A stretch of 44,424 bases of DNA from the NCBI GenBank assembly GCA_046712485.1, contig JBKKCW010000053.1, positions 1 to 44,424 on the forward strand, in the 5' to 3' direction. The stretch is from Candidatus Limnocylindrales bacterium. GTDB taxonomy: Bacteria; Chloroflexota; Limnocylindria; Limnocylindrales; CSP1-4. This document shows positions 36,951-44,424 of the stretch, one piece after another. Both the position numbers and the translations under genes were made by a program. The notes below the pieces were generated by a model. That model was given only the letters and a program-made list of their open reading frames with translations. It made no database searches and was not told the origin of the DNA. Positions within the stretch are counted from its first letter, which is position 1; every line of letters starts with the position of its first letter.

Positions 36951-37852
36951 GCACCGCGCAGACCACGCGAGACCACGTCGGCGGCGCCACGACGATGCGC
37001 GCGCCGCCGCATGAGCCCGGTACGCATGAGCCCGGTACGAACGACACAGCCGGTGCGCGCCGGATCGCCAAGGCCTTCGCCCGGGCTCGATCCAGCAATC
37101 GCACGGCGCTGATCCCGTACGTTGTCGCCGGCTACCCCGATCCCGAAACGAGCTTCGCAGCCGCTCGCGCCGCCGCCGATGCGGGCGCCGACCTGCTCGA
37201 AGTCGGGCTGCCGTACTCGGATCCGCTGGCTGACGGCGCGACGCTGCAGCGGGCGTCCGGGGTCGCGCTTGCCGGTGGCGCTACCTTCGAAGCGTCGCTC
37301 CGGCTGATCGAGCGCATCGGTGCCGCTCGCCCCGACCTGCCGCTCGTCCCGATGGCCTATGCCAACCAGGGCCTGGGTGGGGGCGATGGCGAAGCCGTTG
37401 CGAAGCGGCTCGCCCGAGCCGGGGCAGCCGGCGTCATCGTGGCCGACCTGACGCCCGACGAGGGCGCACCCTTCGAAGCAGTCGCCCGCGAGGTCGGGCT
37501 CGCGGTCGTCTACCTCGTGGCTCCCACGACGCCGCCGGCCCGAATGGCCAGGATCGCGTCCCGCAGCGGCGGGTTCCTCTATTGCGTGTCCCTCGTCGGC
37601 GTCACCGGAGCGCGCGCCGCGCTGCCCTCGACCGTCGGCCGCCTTGTCCGGGAGGTTCGAGCCGTCTCGCCGGTCCCGGTGGCGGTTGGCTTTGGCGTGA
37701 GCCGGCCAACACACGTGCGGGCGATCGCGCGCGCCGGTGCGGACGGCGTCATCGTTGCGTCCGCGCTCGTCGACGCCCTCGGATCGGATGGGCGCGACGT
37801 TGCCGCCATGGCGAGGCTCGTCGACCGTCTCGTGGCGGCCACGCAGCGGTGA
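36947..37852 (+). CDS. trpA: tryptophan synthase alpha chain
   Basis: ALIPYVVAGYPD and LEVGLPYSDPLADGATLQRA. GTG 36947 overlaps the upstream stop (GTGA); ATG 36995 is an alternative start. Confidence 0.9.
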   Translation: MSTAQTTRDHVGGATTMRAPPHEPGTHEPGTNDTAGARRIAKAFARARSSNRTALIPYVVAGYPDPETSFAAARAAADAGADLLEVGLPYSDPLADGATLQRASGVALAGGATFEASLRLIERIGAARPDLPLVPMAYANQGLGGGDGEAVAKRLARAGAAGVIVADLTPDEGAPFEAVAREVGLAVVYLVAPTTPPARMARIASRSGGFLYCVSLVGVTGARAALPSTVGRLVREVRAVSPVPVAVGFGVSRPTHVRAIARAGADGVIVASALVDALGSDGRDVAAMARLVDRLVAATQR

Positions 37853-38517
37853 CTGGCAAGCTCCGGGTCGCGATCGAGGCGACCCCGAAAAAGGCCTTCG
37901 CGACCGCGATCGACTGGCCCGGCTGGTCGCGATCGGCCAGGACGCCCGCGCTCGCGCTCGAGGCCCTGGCGGCGTACGCCCCACGGTACGCCGCCGTGGC
38001 ACGGGAGGCCGGCGAGACGTTCCCCTCGGGATCGGTAGGCGTCGGCGACCTCGATGTGGTCGAGGCGGCGGACGGGGGGAGTGGCACCGCCTTCGGCGTT
38101 CCAAGCCGGGTCACCGACGCCGACCGACGGCGTACGACAAGGGCCGAAGCTGATCGCCTGCGCCGGCTTGTCGGCGCTGCCTGGACCGTGTTCGACCGCG
38201 TTGCGGCGAGCGCGCCCGCGGAGTTGCAGAAGGGACCGCGTGGCGGTGGCCGAGACCGCGACAAGATCATCGGCCACGTGATGGAGGCCGACTGCGCCTA
38301 CGCCCGCGAGATCGGCCTCCGCCTCGGACCACCGGTACCGGGCGATCGGGATGGGATCGAAGCCTTCCGGACAGCCGTCCTCGACGCCATCGGGACACCC
38401 TCCGACGGCTCGCCCCTGGCCGACCGCAAGTGGACGGCTCGCTACGCCGCCGGCCGGATCGCCTGGCACGCCCTCGACCACGCCTGGGAGATGGAAGACC
38501 GCTCGGCGCCGGCCTGA
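37849..38517 (+). CDS. hypothetical protein, possibly DinB-like helical-bundle metal-binding fold
   Basis: GTG 37849 overlaps the trpA stop (GTGA). 222 aa with spaced His residues (HVMEAD..., WHALDHAWEMEDR) reminiscent of DinB-superfamily triads. The family call is tentative. Confidence 0.5.
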   Translation: MTGKLRVAIEATPKKAFATAIDWPGWSRSARTPALALEALAAYAPRYAAVAREAGETFPSGSVGVGDLDVVEAADGGSGTAFGVPSRVTDADRRRTTRAEADRLRRLVGAAWTVFDRVAASAPAELQKGPRGGGRDRDKIIGHVMEADCAYAREIGLRLGPPVPGDRDGIEAFRTAVLDAIGTPSDGSPLADRKWTARYAAGRIAWHALDHAWEMEDRSAPA

Positions 38518-38584
38518 CGTCCAGCCGAATACGCGTTCGTAAGGTTCTGATACGCGGCAGGACGACGACTGGCAGAGGCCGCTG

Positions 38585-38627
38585 GTGACATCATGATGCC
38601 TCCATGGTAACCTTCATGATGTGTCAC
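38585..38627. promoter_or_regulatory. inverted repeat, candidate VapB operator overlapping the vapB start
   Basis: GTGACATCATGA (38585-38596) and TCATGATGTGTCAC (38614-38627) form a near-perfect inverted repeat 17 nt apart. Each arm contains the palindrome TCATGA, and the right arm covers GTG 38621. Confidence 0.45.
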
Positions 38628-38863
38628 GACGCACGACACTGACTCTGGACGACGACGTCGCTGACGCGCTTGCCCGGGAGAGCCGTCGGACCGGGCAATC
38701 GCACCGTCAGGTCGTGAACACTGCCATCCGCCGTGGGCTCGCCAAGCCGGTCAAGGGCGCGTCCTTCAAGGTTGAGGCGTCGGACATGGGTCGTCGGCCA
38801 GGGGTCGAGATCGACGACATCGAGGGCCTCCTCGACGTTCTCGACGGACAGACACGACGGTGA
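38621..38863 (+). CDS. vapB: type II antitoxin, VapB-like (ribbon-helix-helix type)
   Basis: 80 aa with N-terminal RRTTLTLDDDVADALARESRRTGQSHRQVVNTAIRRGL, typical of small antitoxins. Stop overlaps the PIN gene's start. Confidence 0.75.
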   Translation: MSRRTTLTLDDDVADALARESRRTGQSHRQVVNTAIRRGLAKPVKGASFKVEASDMGRRPGVEIDDIEGLLDVLDGQTRR

Positions 38864-39291
38864 TCCTCATCGATGCCAATGTCCTGCTGTACGCGTATGA
38901 CGCTTCGGATCCGCGCCACCGGCGCGCCGCCTCGTGGCTCGAAACGGTGTTCGGGGGATCAGAGGATGTTGGCCTCCCGCTCATGACAATCCTGGCGTTC
39001 GCCCGCATCGCTACGGACCCGCGGGTCTACCAGCGGCCACGGGACCCGGAAGCAGCGATCGGCCTGGTTCAGACCTGGCTCGACCGAGCCAACGTGCACA
39101 TGATCGGACCGACCGAACGGCACTGGCAGACCTTGGCAGCGCTGGCACGATCCGGGAAGGCTCGCGGGTCGATGCTGATGGATGCCCACCTTGCGGCGCT
39201 CGCCCTGGAACGTGGAGCTATCCTCGCATCGACCGACCGTGACTTCGCGCGCTTTCCCGGGCTGCGGACGATCGATCCGACGAGCGATTGA
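38860..39291 (+). CDS. vapC: type II toxin, PIN-domain ribonuclease VapC
   Basis: MILIDANVLLYA (first acidic residue), internal acidic residues, and C-terminal STDRDFARF motif; 143 aa. GTGA overlap with vapB. Confidence 0.85.
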   Translation: MILIDANVLLYAYDASDPRHRRAASWLETVFGGSEDVGLPLMTILAFARIATDPRVYQRPRDPEAAIGLVQTWLDRANVHMIGPTERHWQTLAALARSGKARGSMLMDAHLAALALERGAILASTDRDFARFPGLRTIDPTSD

Positions 39292-39302
39292 GGCGTCGTG
39301 GG

Positions 39303-39626
39303 TCAGTCGACGTCGTCGGACCTCGCCGCGGCCCGCTCGCGGTCACGCGCTTCGAGCGACCGGGTTGCCGCCATGAGCCGTCGATAGAGCGCCAGGAGAT
39401 CGGCCTGCGCCAGCGGTCCCTGGTTGGCCATCGTCACCCGCAGGAGGACCTCGCGTTCGCGATCCCCGTCGCGGATCGCCCGTCGCCCGAGGGCAGTCTT
39501 TGCCCGCCCGACGTCGCGCGCGAGCTCGGCACGCTCATTGAGAAGCGCGACGATCCGCCGGTCCAGCGCGTTGATCCGCTGTCGAAGCCGCCGAAGCTCG
39601 CCAGTTTCCGGCTCGGGCTTCGTCAT
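39303..39626 (-). CDS. chorismate mutase (AroQ-class, monofunctional)
   Basis: LRRLRQRINALDRRIVALLNERAELARDVGRAK helix typical of the CM_2 domain; 107 aa. ATGA overlap with aroQ upstream. Confidence 0.85.
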   Translation of the reverse strand: MTKPEPETGELRRLRQRINALDRRIVALLNERAELARDVGRAKTALGRRAIRDGDREREVLLRVTMANQGPLAQADLLALYRRLMAATRSLEARDRERAAARSDDVD

Positions 39627-40060
39627 GATCGACCCTCGAATCTGGTGGCGATCGACTCGAGCGCGAGATGGTAGCCTCGCGCGCCTTGCCCGACGATCGA
39701 TTCGAGCGCGATGTCGTGCAGGTAGTTGACGTGGCGGAACGTCTCCCGTGTCGACGGATCGGACAGATGGACCTCGACGAACGGCCGCTGGACGGCGAGG
39801 AGGGCATCGCGCAGCGCCACGCTCGTGTGCGTCAAGCCGCCGGCATTGACGATCGCGACGTCGAAGTCGCGCTGGTGGAGCCGATCGATCAGGGCGCCCT
39901 CGTGGTTCGACTGGAAGAAGGCGACGTCGAGACTGAGCTCACGGGCTCGGGCCGCGATCCCTGCGTGGATCTCATCGAGCGACTCGTGGCCGTAGATCTC
40001 GGGCTCGCGCGTGCCGACCAGGTTGAGGTTCGGACCCTGGAGCACGAGCACGGTCGTCAT
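39623..40060 (-). CDS. aroQ: type II 3-dehydroquinate dehydratase
   Basis: VLVLQGPNLNLVGTREPEIYG, SNHEGALID and NAGGLTHTSVALRDAL. ATG 40060 overlaps the upstream stop; the track extension to 40489 is rejected. Confidence 0.95.
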   Translation of the reverse strand: MTTVLVLQGPNLNLVGTREPEIYGHESLDEIHAGIAARARELSLDVAFFQSNHEGALIDRLHQRDFDVAIVNAGGLTHTSVALRDALLAVQRPFVEVHLSDPSTRETFRHVNYLHDIALESIVGQGARGYHLALESIATRFEGRS

Positions 40061-41706
40061 CGAGCGCCCGCCGCCGCCAACATGGACGAGGCCGCCCGCT
40101 CCACGATGTCGGCGTCGATGTCGTCCCGGACGACTACGCCATCGGTCGTGGGGAGCACCCAGCGCAGGTGCCCGCCGATGTGCTTCTTGTCTGTCGCCAG
40201 GTGGCCCAGGACCGCCTCGAGCGAGTAGGGCAGGGGCTCGGTCGCCAGTCCCAGGTGATCGAGCAGGCGCCCGATCCTCCCCGCTCGCTCCGCTGGCGTA
40301 GCGCCCACCTCGACGCCGATCTGCGACGCCGAACGCAGGCCGTACGCGACCGCCTCGCCGTGGAGCAGTCCGCCATAGCCGGCCGCCGCCTCGACGGCAT
40401 GACCGAGCGAGTGCCCCAGGTTGAGGGTGATCCGGCCGCTCGATGTCCGCTCGCGCTCGTCGGCCATGACGATCTCCACCTTGGCCCACGCGGCGCGCTC
40501 GACGAGCTCCGCCACAGCGCCCGATTGGAACGGTTCCGGGTCACCCTTGGCGATCGCCTCGCCGTCCGTTTCGAGCAGCGCGAACAGTCGCTCGTCGCCG
40601 AGCACGGCCATCTTGACCGCCTCGCCGAGCGCGGCACGGATCTGGCGCTCGGGGAGCGTCCGCAGCGCGGCGACGTCGATCACGATCGCGGACGGCTGAT
40701 GGAAAACGCCCACGAGGTTCTTGCCTTCCGGCAGATCGACGCCGGTCTTGCCGCCGATTGCCGAGTCGATCTGTGCCACGAGCGTCGTCGGAACCTGAAT
40801 GAAGCGCACGCCGCGCAGGTACGTCGCTGCGAGGAACCCCGCCGTGTCGCCGAGGGCGCCGCCGCCGATCGCCACCAGCGGTTCGGAACGCTCGACCCGG
40901 AGCGCCGCGAGCTCGCTGGCGGCCGTCTCGACAACCGCAAGCCGCTTTGCCGCCTCGCCTTCGGGGAGCATGATCTGGACCACGGTGATCCCGCGCTCGC
41001 GAAGCCCCGCCGCGGCTCGTTCGCCGACGGCCGCCCAGGCGCCAGGTTCGCTGACGACGATGGCGCGGGTCGCGCGCATCTGTTCAAGCTCGGCGGCCAG
41101 CGCGTCGACCATGATCCCCTCACCGAGCACAATCCGCCCGATCGGTGTGGTGGCCCGGAGCAGCGTCGTGCCCGCACCAGGAGTGGCCACGAGGTACGAC
41201 AACCGCCGCTCGATCGCGTCGACCACGCCGCCGACCTCGGCCACGCCCGATTGGTGGATCGTGGCGGCCGCGTAGAACCGCTCGCGGCGGCCGGCGAGAT
41301 CGCGGATGGTGCCGATCGGATCGCGGCCGCTGACCAACGGCCGGACGTGCGGTGAGCGCCGGAGACGCTGTGCAAGCACCTCGGGCCGACCGTCGAGCCA
41401 GACCGACAACCGGCCGCGATAGAGCACCCATCGGTTCCGCGGGTCGACGACCGCACCGCCACCGGTCGCGATGACCCGGCGGACCTCGGCATCCTCGTCG
41501 GCCGGTCCGAGGTTCGCGATTGCCGATCGCTCGAGCGTGCGGAACGCCGGTTCGCCGTCTTCGGCGAAGATCTCGGGGATCGACCGGCCGGCCACGGACT
41601 CGATCCGTTCATCCAGGTCGATGAACGAAGCGGCGTGCCGGTGCGCGAGGCGTTTGCCGATGACGCTCTTGCCGCTGCCCGGCAGCCCGACCATCACGAC
41701 ATCCAT
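40057..41706 (-). CDS. aroKB: bifunctional shikimate kinase / 3-dehydroquinate synthase fusion
   Basis: N-terminal AroK: VMVGLPGSGKSVIGKRLA (P-loop) and TGGGAV. C-terminal AroB: VAIGGGALGDTAGFLAATYLRGVRFIQVPTTLVAQIDSAIGGKTGV and LNLGHSLGHAVE..LLHGEAVAYG. ATG 41706 lies 7 nt after the aroC stop; ATG 41742 is the alternative. Confidence 0.9.
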   Translation of the reverse strand: MDVVMVGLPGSGKSVIGKRLAHRHAASFIDLDERIESVAGRSIPEIFAEDGEPAFRTLERSAIANLGPADEDAEVRRVIATGGGAVVDPRNRWVLYRGRLSVWLDGRPEVLAQRLRRSPHVRPLVSGRDPIGTIRDLAGRRERFYAAATIHQSGVAEVGGVVDAIERRLSYLVATPGAGTTLLRATTPIGRIVLGEGIMVDALAAELEQMRATRAIVVSEPGAWAAVGERAAAGLRERGITVVQIMLPEGEAAKRLAVVETAASELAALRVERSEPLVAIGGGALGDTAGFLAATYLRGVRFIQVPTTLVAQIDSAIGGKTGVDLPEGKNLVGVFHQPSAIVIDVAALRTLPERQIRAALGEAVKMAVLGDERLFALLETDGEAIAKGDPEPFQSGAVAELVERAAWAKVEIVMADERERTSSGRITLNLGHSLGHAVEAAAGYGGLLHGEAVAYGLRSASQIGVEVGATPAERAGRIGRLLDHLGLATEPLPYSLEAVLGHLATDKKHIGGHLRWVLPTTDGVVVRDDIDADIVERAASSMLAAAGAR

Positions 41707-41713
41707 CGTCGCG

Positions 41714-43027
41714 TCAGTCGTCCCCGCCGGATCCGGCCTCATCCGTGCCGGTCAGGCCGTGTCCCGTTCGTGCTTCCTCCGCCGCGCGCCGCCGTGGCCC
41801 ACCGGCCACCGGAGCATCGGGCGCGGCCCCGATCCGCGCGACGTAGCGGTTCAGCCCCTCGCGAACGTCACCGATCGTGTCCCCGCCGAACTTCTCCATC
41901 ACGAACGACGCCAGCGTCAGCGTCACCATCGCCTCCGCGACGACGCCGGCCGCCGGGACGACGCTGATGTCGCTTCGTTCGTAGTGCGCCTTGTCGACCG
42001 ATTCGCCCGTCACGAGATCCGCCGATGGCAGCGGGCGCGCCAGCGTCGAGATGGGCTTGACCGCGCCGCGAACCACGAGTGGCTCGCCATTCGTGACGCC
42101 GCCGGTCAGGCCACCGGCATTGTTCGAGCGGTGGACCCAGTGACCGTCGTCGCCGCGGCCCTCGATGACGTCGTGGACGGCAGACCCAAACCGCCTTGTC
42201 TGCTCGAAACCAAGCCCGAATTCGACGCCCTTGACGATGTTGATGCTCATGACGGCGGCTGCGAGGGCCGCATCGAGCCGGCGATCCCAATGGACGTAGG
42301 AACCGAGCCCGACCGGCAGCCCGTGCACGGCCACCTCGAAGACCCCGCCGACGGTGTCGCCCGATGACCGCGCCTCGTCGATCCGGGCGATCATCCGCTC
42401 CTCGGCCGCCGGGTCCGGGCAGCGCAGCGGCGAGGCGTCCGCTTCCGCGCGGGACCGAGTGCACGCGGCGGGATCGACGGCCACGCCGCCAACCTCGGCG
42501 GTGAACGACCAGGTCTCGATCCCGAGCTCGCGGAGGAACAGACGGGCGACGCCGCCCGCCGCCACGCGAGCCGCAGTCTCCCGCGCCGAGGCCCGCTCGA
42601 GGACGTTGCGGACATCGTTGAAGCCGTACTTGAGAGCGCCGGCGAGGTCGACATGACCCGGCCGAACTCGCGTCACCGGCGTCGCCCTCTTGTTGCCCTC
42701 GGCAGCGGCCGTGAAGAGGGCCCCGGCGGCGTCCTCGTCCAGCGGCTCGACCGACATCACCTGCGTCCAGTTCTCCCAGTCGCGGTTGCGGACGAGCAGG
42801 AGGATCGGGGACCCGAGGGTCAGGCCATGACGGACGCCGCCCAGGATCTCTGCGCGGTCCTGCTCGATCGTCTGGCGCGCGCCGCGACCGTATCCGCGCT
42901 GGCGGCGCGCGAGGTCGACCGCAAGATCGTCGGCCGTGATGGCCAGACCCGCAGGCACGCCCTCGATCGTGACCCCTAGTGACGGGCCATGCGATTCACC
43001 CGCGGTCAGGAAGCGAAACGCGCCCAT
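41714..43027 (-). CDS. aroC: chorismate synthase
   Basis: FRFLTAGESHGPSLGVTIEGVPAGL, RPGHVDLAGALKYG and ERSDISVVPAAGVV. Low-complexity C-terminal tail. The track start at 43120 is an upstream extension. Confidence 0.95.
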   Translation of the reverse strand: MGAFRFLTAGESHGPSLGVTIEGVPAGLAITADDLAVDLARRQRGYGRGARQTIEQDRAEILGGVRHGLTLGSPILLLVRNRDWENWTQVMSVEPLDEDAAGALFTAAAEGNKRATPVTRVRPGHVDLAGALKYGFNDVRNVLERASARETAARVAAGGVARLFLRELGIETWSFTAEVGGVAVDPAACTRSRAEADASPLRCPDPAAEERMIARIDEARSSGDTVGGVFEVAVHGLPVGLGSYVHWDRRLDAALAAAVMSINIVKGVEFGLGFEQTRRFGSAVHDVIEGRGDDGHWVHRSNNAGGLTGGVTNGEPLVVRGAVKPISTLARPLPSADLVTGESVDKAHYERSDISVVPAAGVVAEAMVTLTLASFVMEKFGGDTIGDVREGLNRYVARIGAAPDAPVAGGPRRRAAEEARTGHGLTGTDEAGSGGDD

Positions 43028-43061
43028 GGACCCGCGTCGCCCGTCCGTCGTCGCTCGGCCG

Positions 43062-43973
43062 TCAGTCGGCCGCGCCGGCCGTCGCCGCGGCGCCCTGGGT
43101 CTTCTCGCCGGTCGGCTCACCTTCGGCGGACTTGAGTCCGCCGGCGCGTGCCTCGGCCAGCTTGTCCTGCATCAGGTCGAGCGGTGCCGGCTGACCCGTC
43201 CACAGCGTGAATGCGGCGGCCCCCTGGTGGAGCAGCATCAGCTCGCCGTCGGCCACCGCGCAGCCGGCCGCGGCCGCATCTCGCAGCAGCTTTGTCCGCG
43301 CGTAGATCAGGTCGAGGACCATGAGCTCTGGGTTGATCGTTTCGGCCGGGATCGGGCTGTCGTCGCTGGACAGGCCGATCGAGGTCGCGTTGACGAGCAC
43401 CTTGGCCTTGGCAAGCTCGGCCTCGATGATCGACTCGTGCCACGGCATCGCGCGAAGCTCCATGTGCGCGGCGCTCCGGCCGAAGTGCTTGACCATGGCC
43501 TCGGCCCGGTGGAGGTGGCGGTTGAAGACAACGATCCGCTGGAAGCCCTCCGTGATCAGGCCGTAGACGACAGCACGCGCCCCACCCCCGGCACCGAGGA
43601 CGACGGCCTGGCGCGGCATCTTCTGCTTGCCGACGAGCCGATCGAGCGCGACCTTGAACCCGGGAACATCGGTGTTGTGGCCGATCAGGCGCTTGCCCTC
43701 GCGCGTGACCGTGTTGACCGCACCGGTGGCGTGACCCTCCTCGGTCAGGCGGTCGACCATGGGCACGACCCGTTCCTTGTGGGGAATCGTGACGTTGGCG
43801 CCGAGGAAGTCGTCCGTGCGCAGCTCGGCGACCGCGTCGGCCAGCGCGATCGGCGCGCGATCCCACAGCTCGTAGGTCGCGTCGATGCCGAGCGCGTCGA
43901 AGGCCGCCTGCTGCATCGCGCCGGACAGGGAATGGGCCACGGGGTGGCCGATCAGGACGACGCGCTTGGTCAT
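43062..43973 (-). CDS. aroE: shikimate dehydrogenase
   Basis: VIGHPVAHSLSGAMQQAAF, GANVTIPHK and VLGAGGGARAVVYGL (Rossmann). ATGA overlap with aroA upstream. Confidence 0.9.
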   Translation of the reverse strand: MTKRVVLIGHPVAHSLSGAMQQAAFDALGIDATYELWDRAPIALADAVAELRTDDFLGANVTIPHKERVVPMVDRLTEEGHATGAVNTVTREGKRLIGHNTDVPGFKVALDRLVGKQKMPRQAVVLGAGGGARAVVYGLITEGFQRIVVFNRHLHRAEAMVKHFGRSAAHMELRAMPWHESIIEAELAKAKVLVNATSIGLSSDDSPIPAETINPELMVLDLIYARTKLLRDAAAAGCAVADGELMLLHQGAAAFTLWTGQPAPLDLMQDKLAEARAGGLKSAEGEPTGEKTQGAAATAGAAD

Positions 43974-44424
43974 GCTCGCACCCTTTCGAGGTCGTCGAAG
44001 AAGCCCGGATAAGAGATCGCGGCGGAACCGGGTCGTGCGACGCTGGTCTCGCCCGAGGCGAGCAAGCCCGCCACGGCGAAGGTCATCGTGAGCCGGTGGT
44101 CGTCGAGACTGTCCGTACGGGCGCCGCGAAGCGTCGTCCCGCCCTCGATGCGGAGGTCGTCTCCATCGGCCGAGATCCGTGCGCCCATTGCCCGCAGGCC
44201 GCCGACCACGCCCGCGATCCGGTCGGACTCCTTGTGTCGCAGCTCGCCGGCGTCACGGATGAGGGTCGTCCCTCGGGCAAGACTGGCCGCGAGGCAGAGC
44301 ACCGGGATCTCATCGATGGCCGCGGCAACGTCCGCCGGCCCGAGCTCGAACGCACGAAGCTCAGCCGACCCGACGATCACCTCGGCCATCGGCACGCCCA
44401 CGCCCTCGTCCGGCGCACGGTCAC
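43970..44424 (-). CDS. aroA: 3-phosphoshikimate 1-carboxyvinyltransferase (EPSP synthase), C-terminal part; the 5' end lies beyond the window
   Basis: ELRHKESDRIAGVVGGLRAMGA, DDHRLTMTFAVAG and YPGFFDDLE. The frame stays open to the window edge. Confidence 0.9.
   Translation of the reverse strand, partial: DRAPDEGVGVPMAEVIVGSAELRAFELGPADVAAAIDEIPVLCLAASLARGTTLIRDAGELRHKESDRIAGVVGGLRAMGARISADGDDLRIEGGTTLRGARTDSLDDHRLTMTFAVAGLLASGETSVARPGSAAISYPGFFDDLERVRA

Noticed and set aside
1-44424. CRISPR arrays, IS elements, integrases, prophage genes or dedicated defence systems other than vapBC
   Set aside because: No repeat-spacer architecture is present (the only tandem repeats are 12-16 bp with 2-3 copies). 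No transposase, integrase or phage-like ORFs were recognised in any frame.

Overview
GC-rich bacterial chromosomal window with dense coding and GC-rich third codon positions. Adjacent genes very often share 4-nt ATGA/GTGA stop-start overlaps. Gene content (Trp T-box leader, class I LysRS, membrane H+-PPase, multi-domain Trp/Aro fusions) suggests a high-GC Terrabacteria lineage such as Chloroflexota or Actinomycetota; I cannot narrow this without a database search. Layout: (1) 0.3-15.4 kb is housekeeping: AzgA-type purine permease, M16 peptidase plus a coupled helical-repeat protein, ndk, a minus-strand lepB / small membrane protein / divergent NuoN-like protein operon, hppA, uppP, argR, greA, class I lysK and serS. 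(2) 15.6-27.4 kb is one LacI-headed, same-strand, tightly coupled 10-gene operon: two CUT1 ABC permeases, a lipoprotein solute-binding protein, two ADP-ribosylglycohydrolase-family paralogs, a glycosidase-like/FGE-sulfatase-domain fusion, an esterase, a family III CoA-transferase and a CitE-like acyl-CoA lyase. I cannot match this combination to any characterised pathway, so it is the best candidate for an undescribed catabolic system here. (3) tRNA-Ser(UGA) and an orphan hybrid PAS histidine kinase/receiver. (4) 30.3-44.4 kb is an aromatic amino-acid supercluster. A Trp-specific T-box leader precedes trpE-trpG-trpD, a 970-aa TrpC-TrpF-TrpB triple fusion, trpA and a DinB-like gene. A vapBC toxin-antitoxin pair follows. 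Converging on the minus strand are aroA(partial)-aroE-aroC-aroK/aroB fusion-aroQ-chorismate mutase. I saw no rRNA, CRISPR array, transposase or integrase. The many long antisense or out-of-frame ORFs in the track are Arg/Pro/Gly-rich artefacts of high GC.
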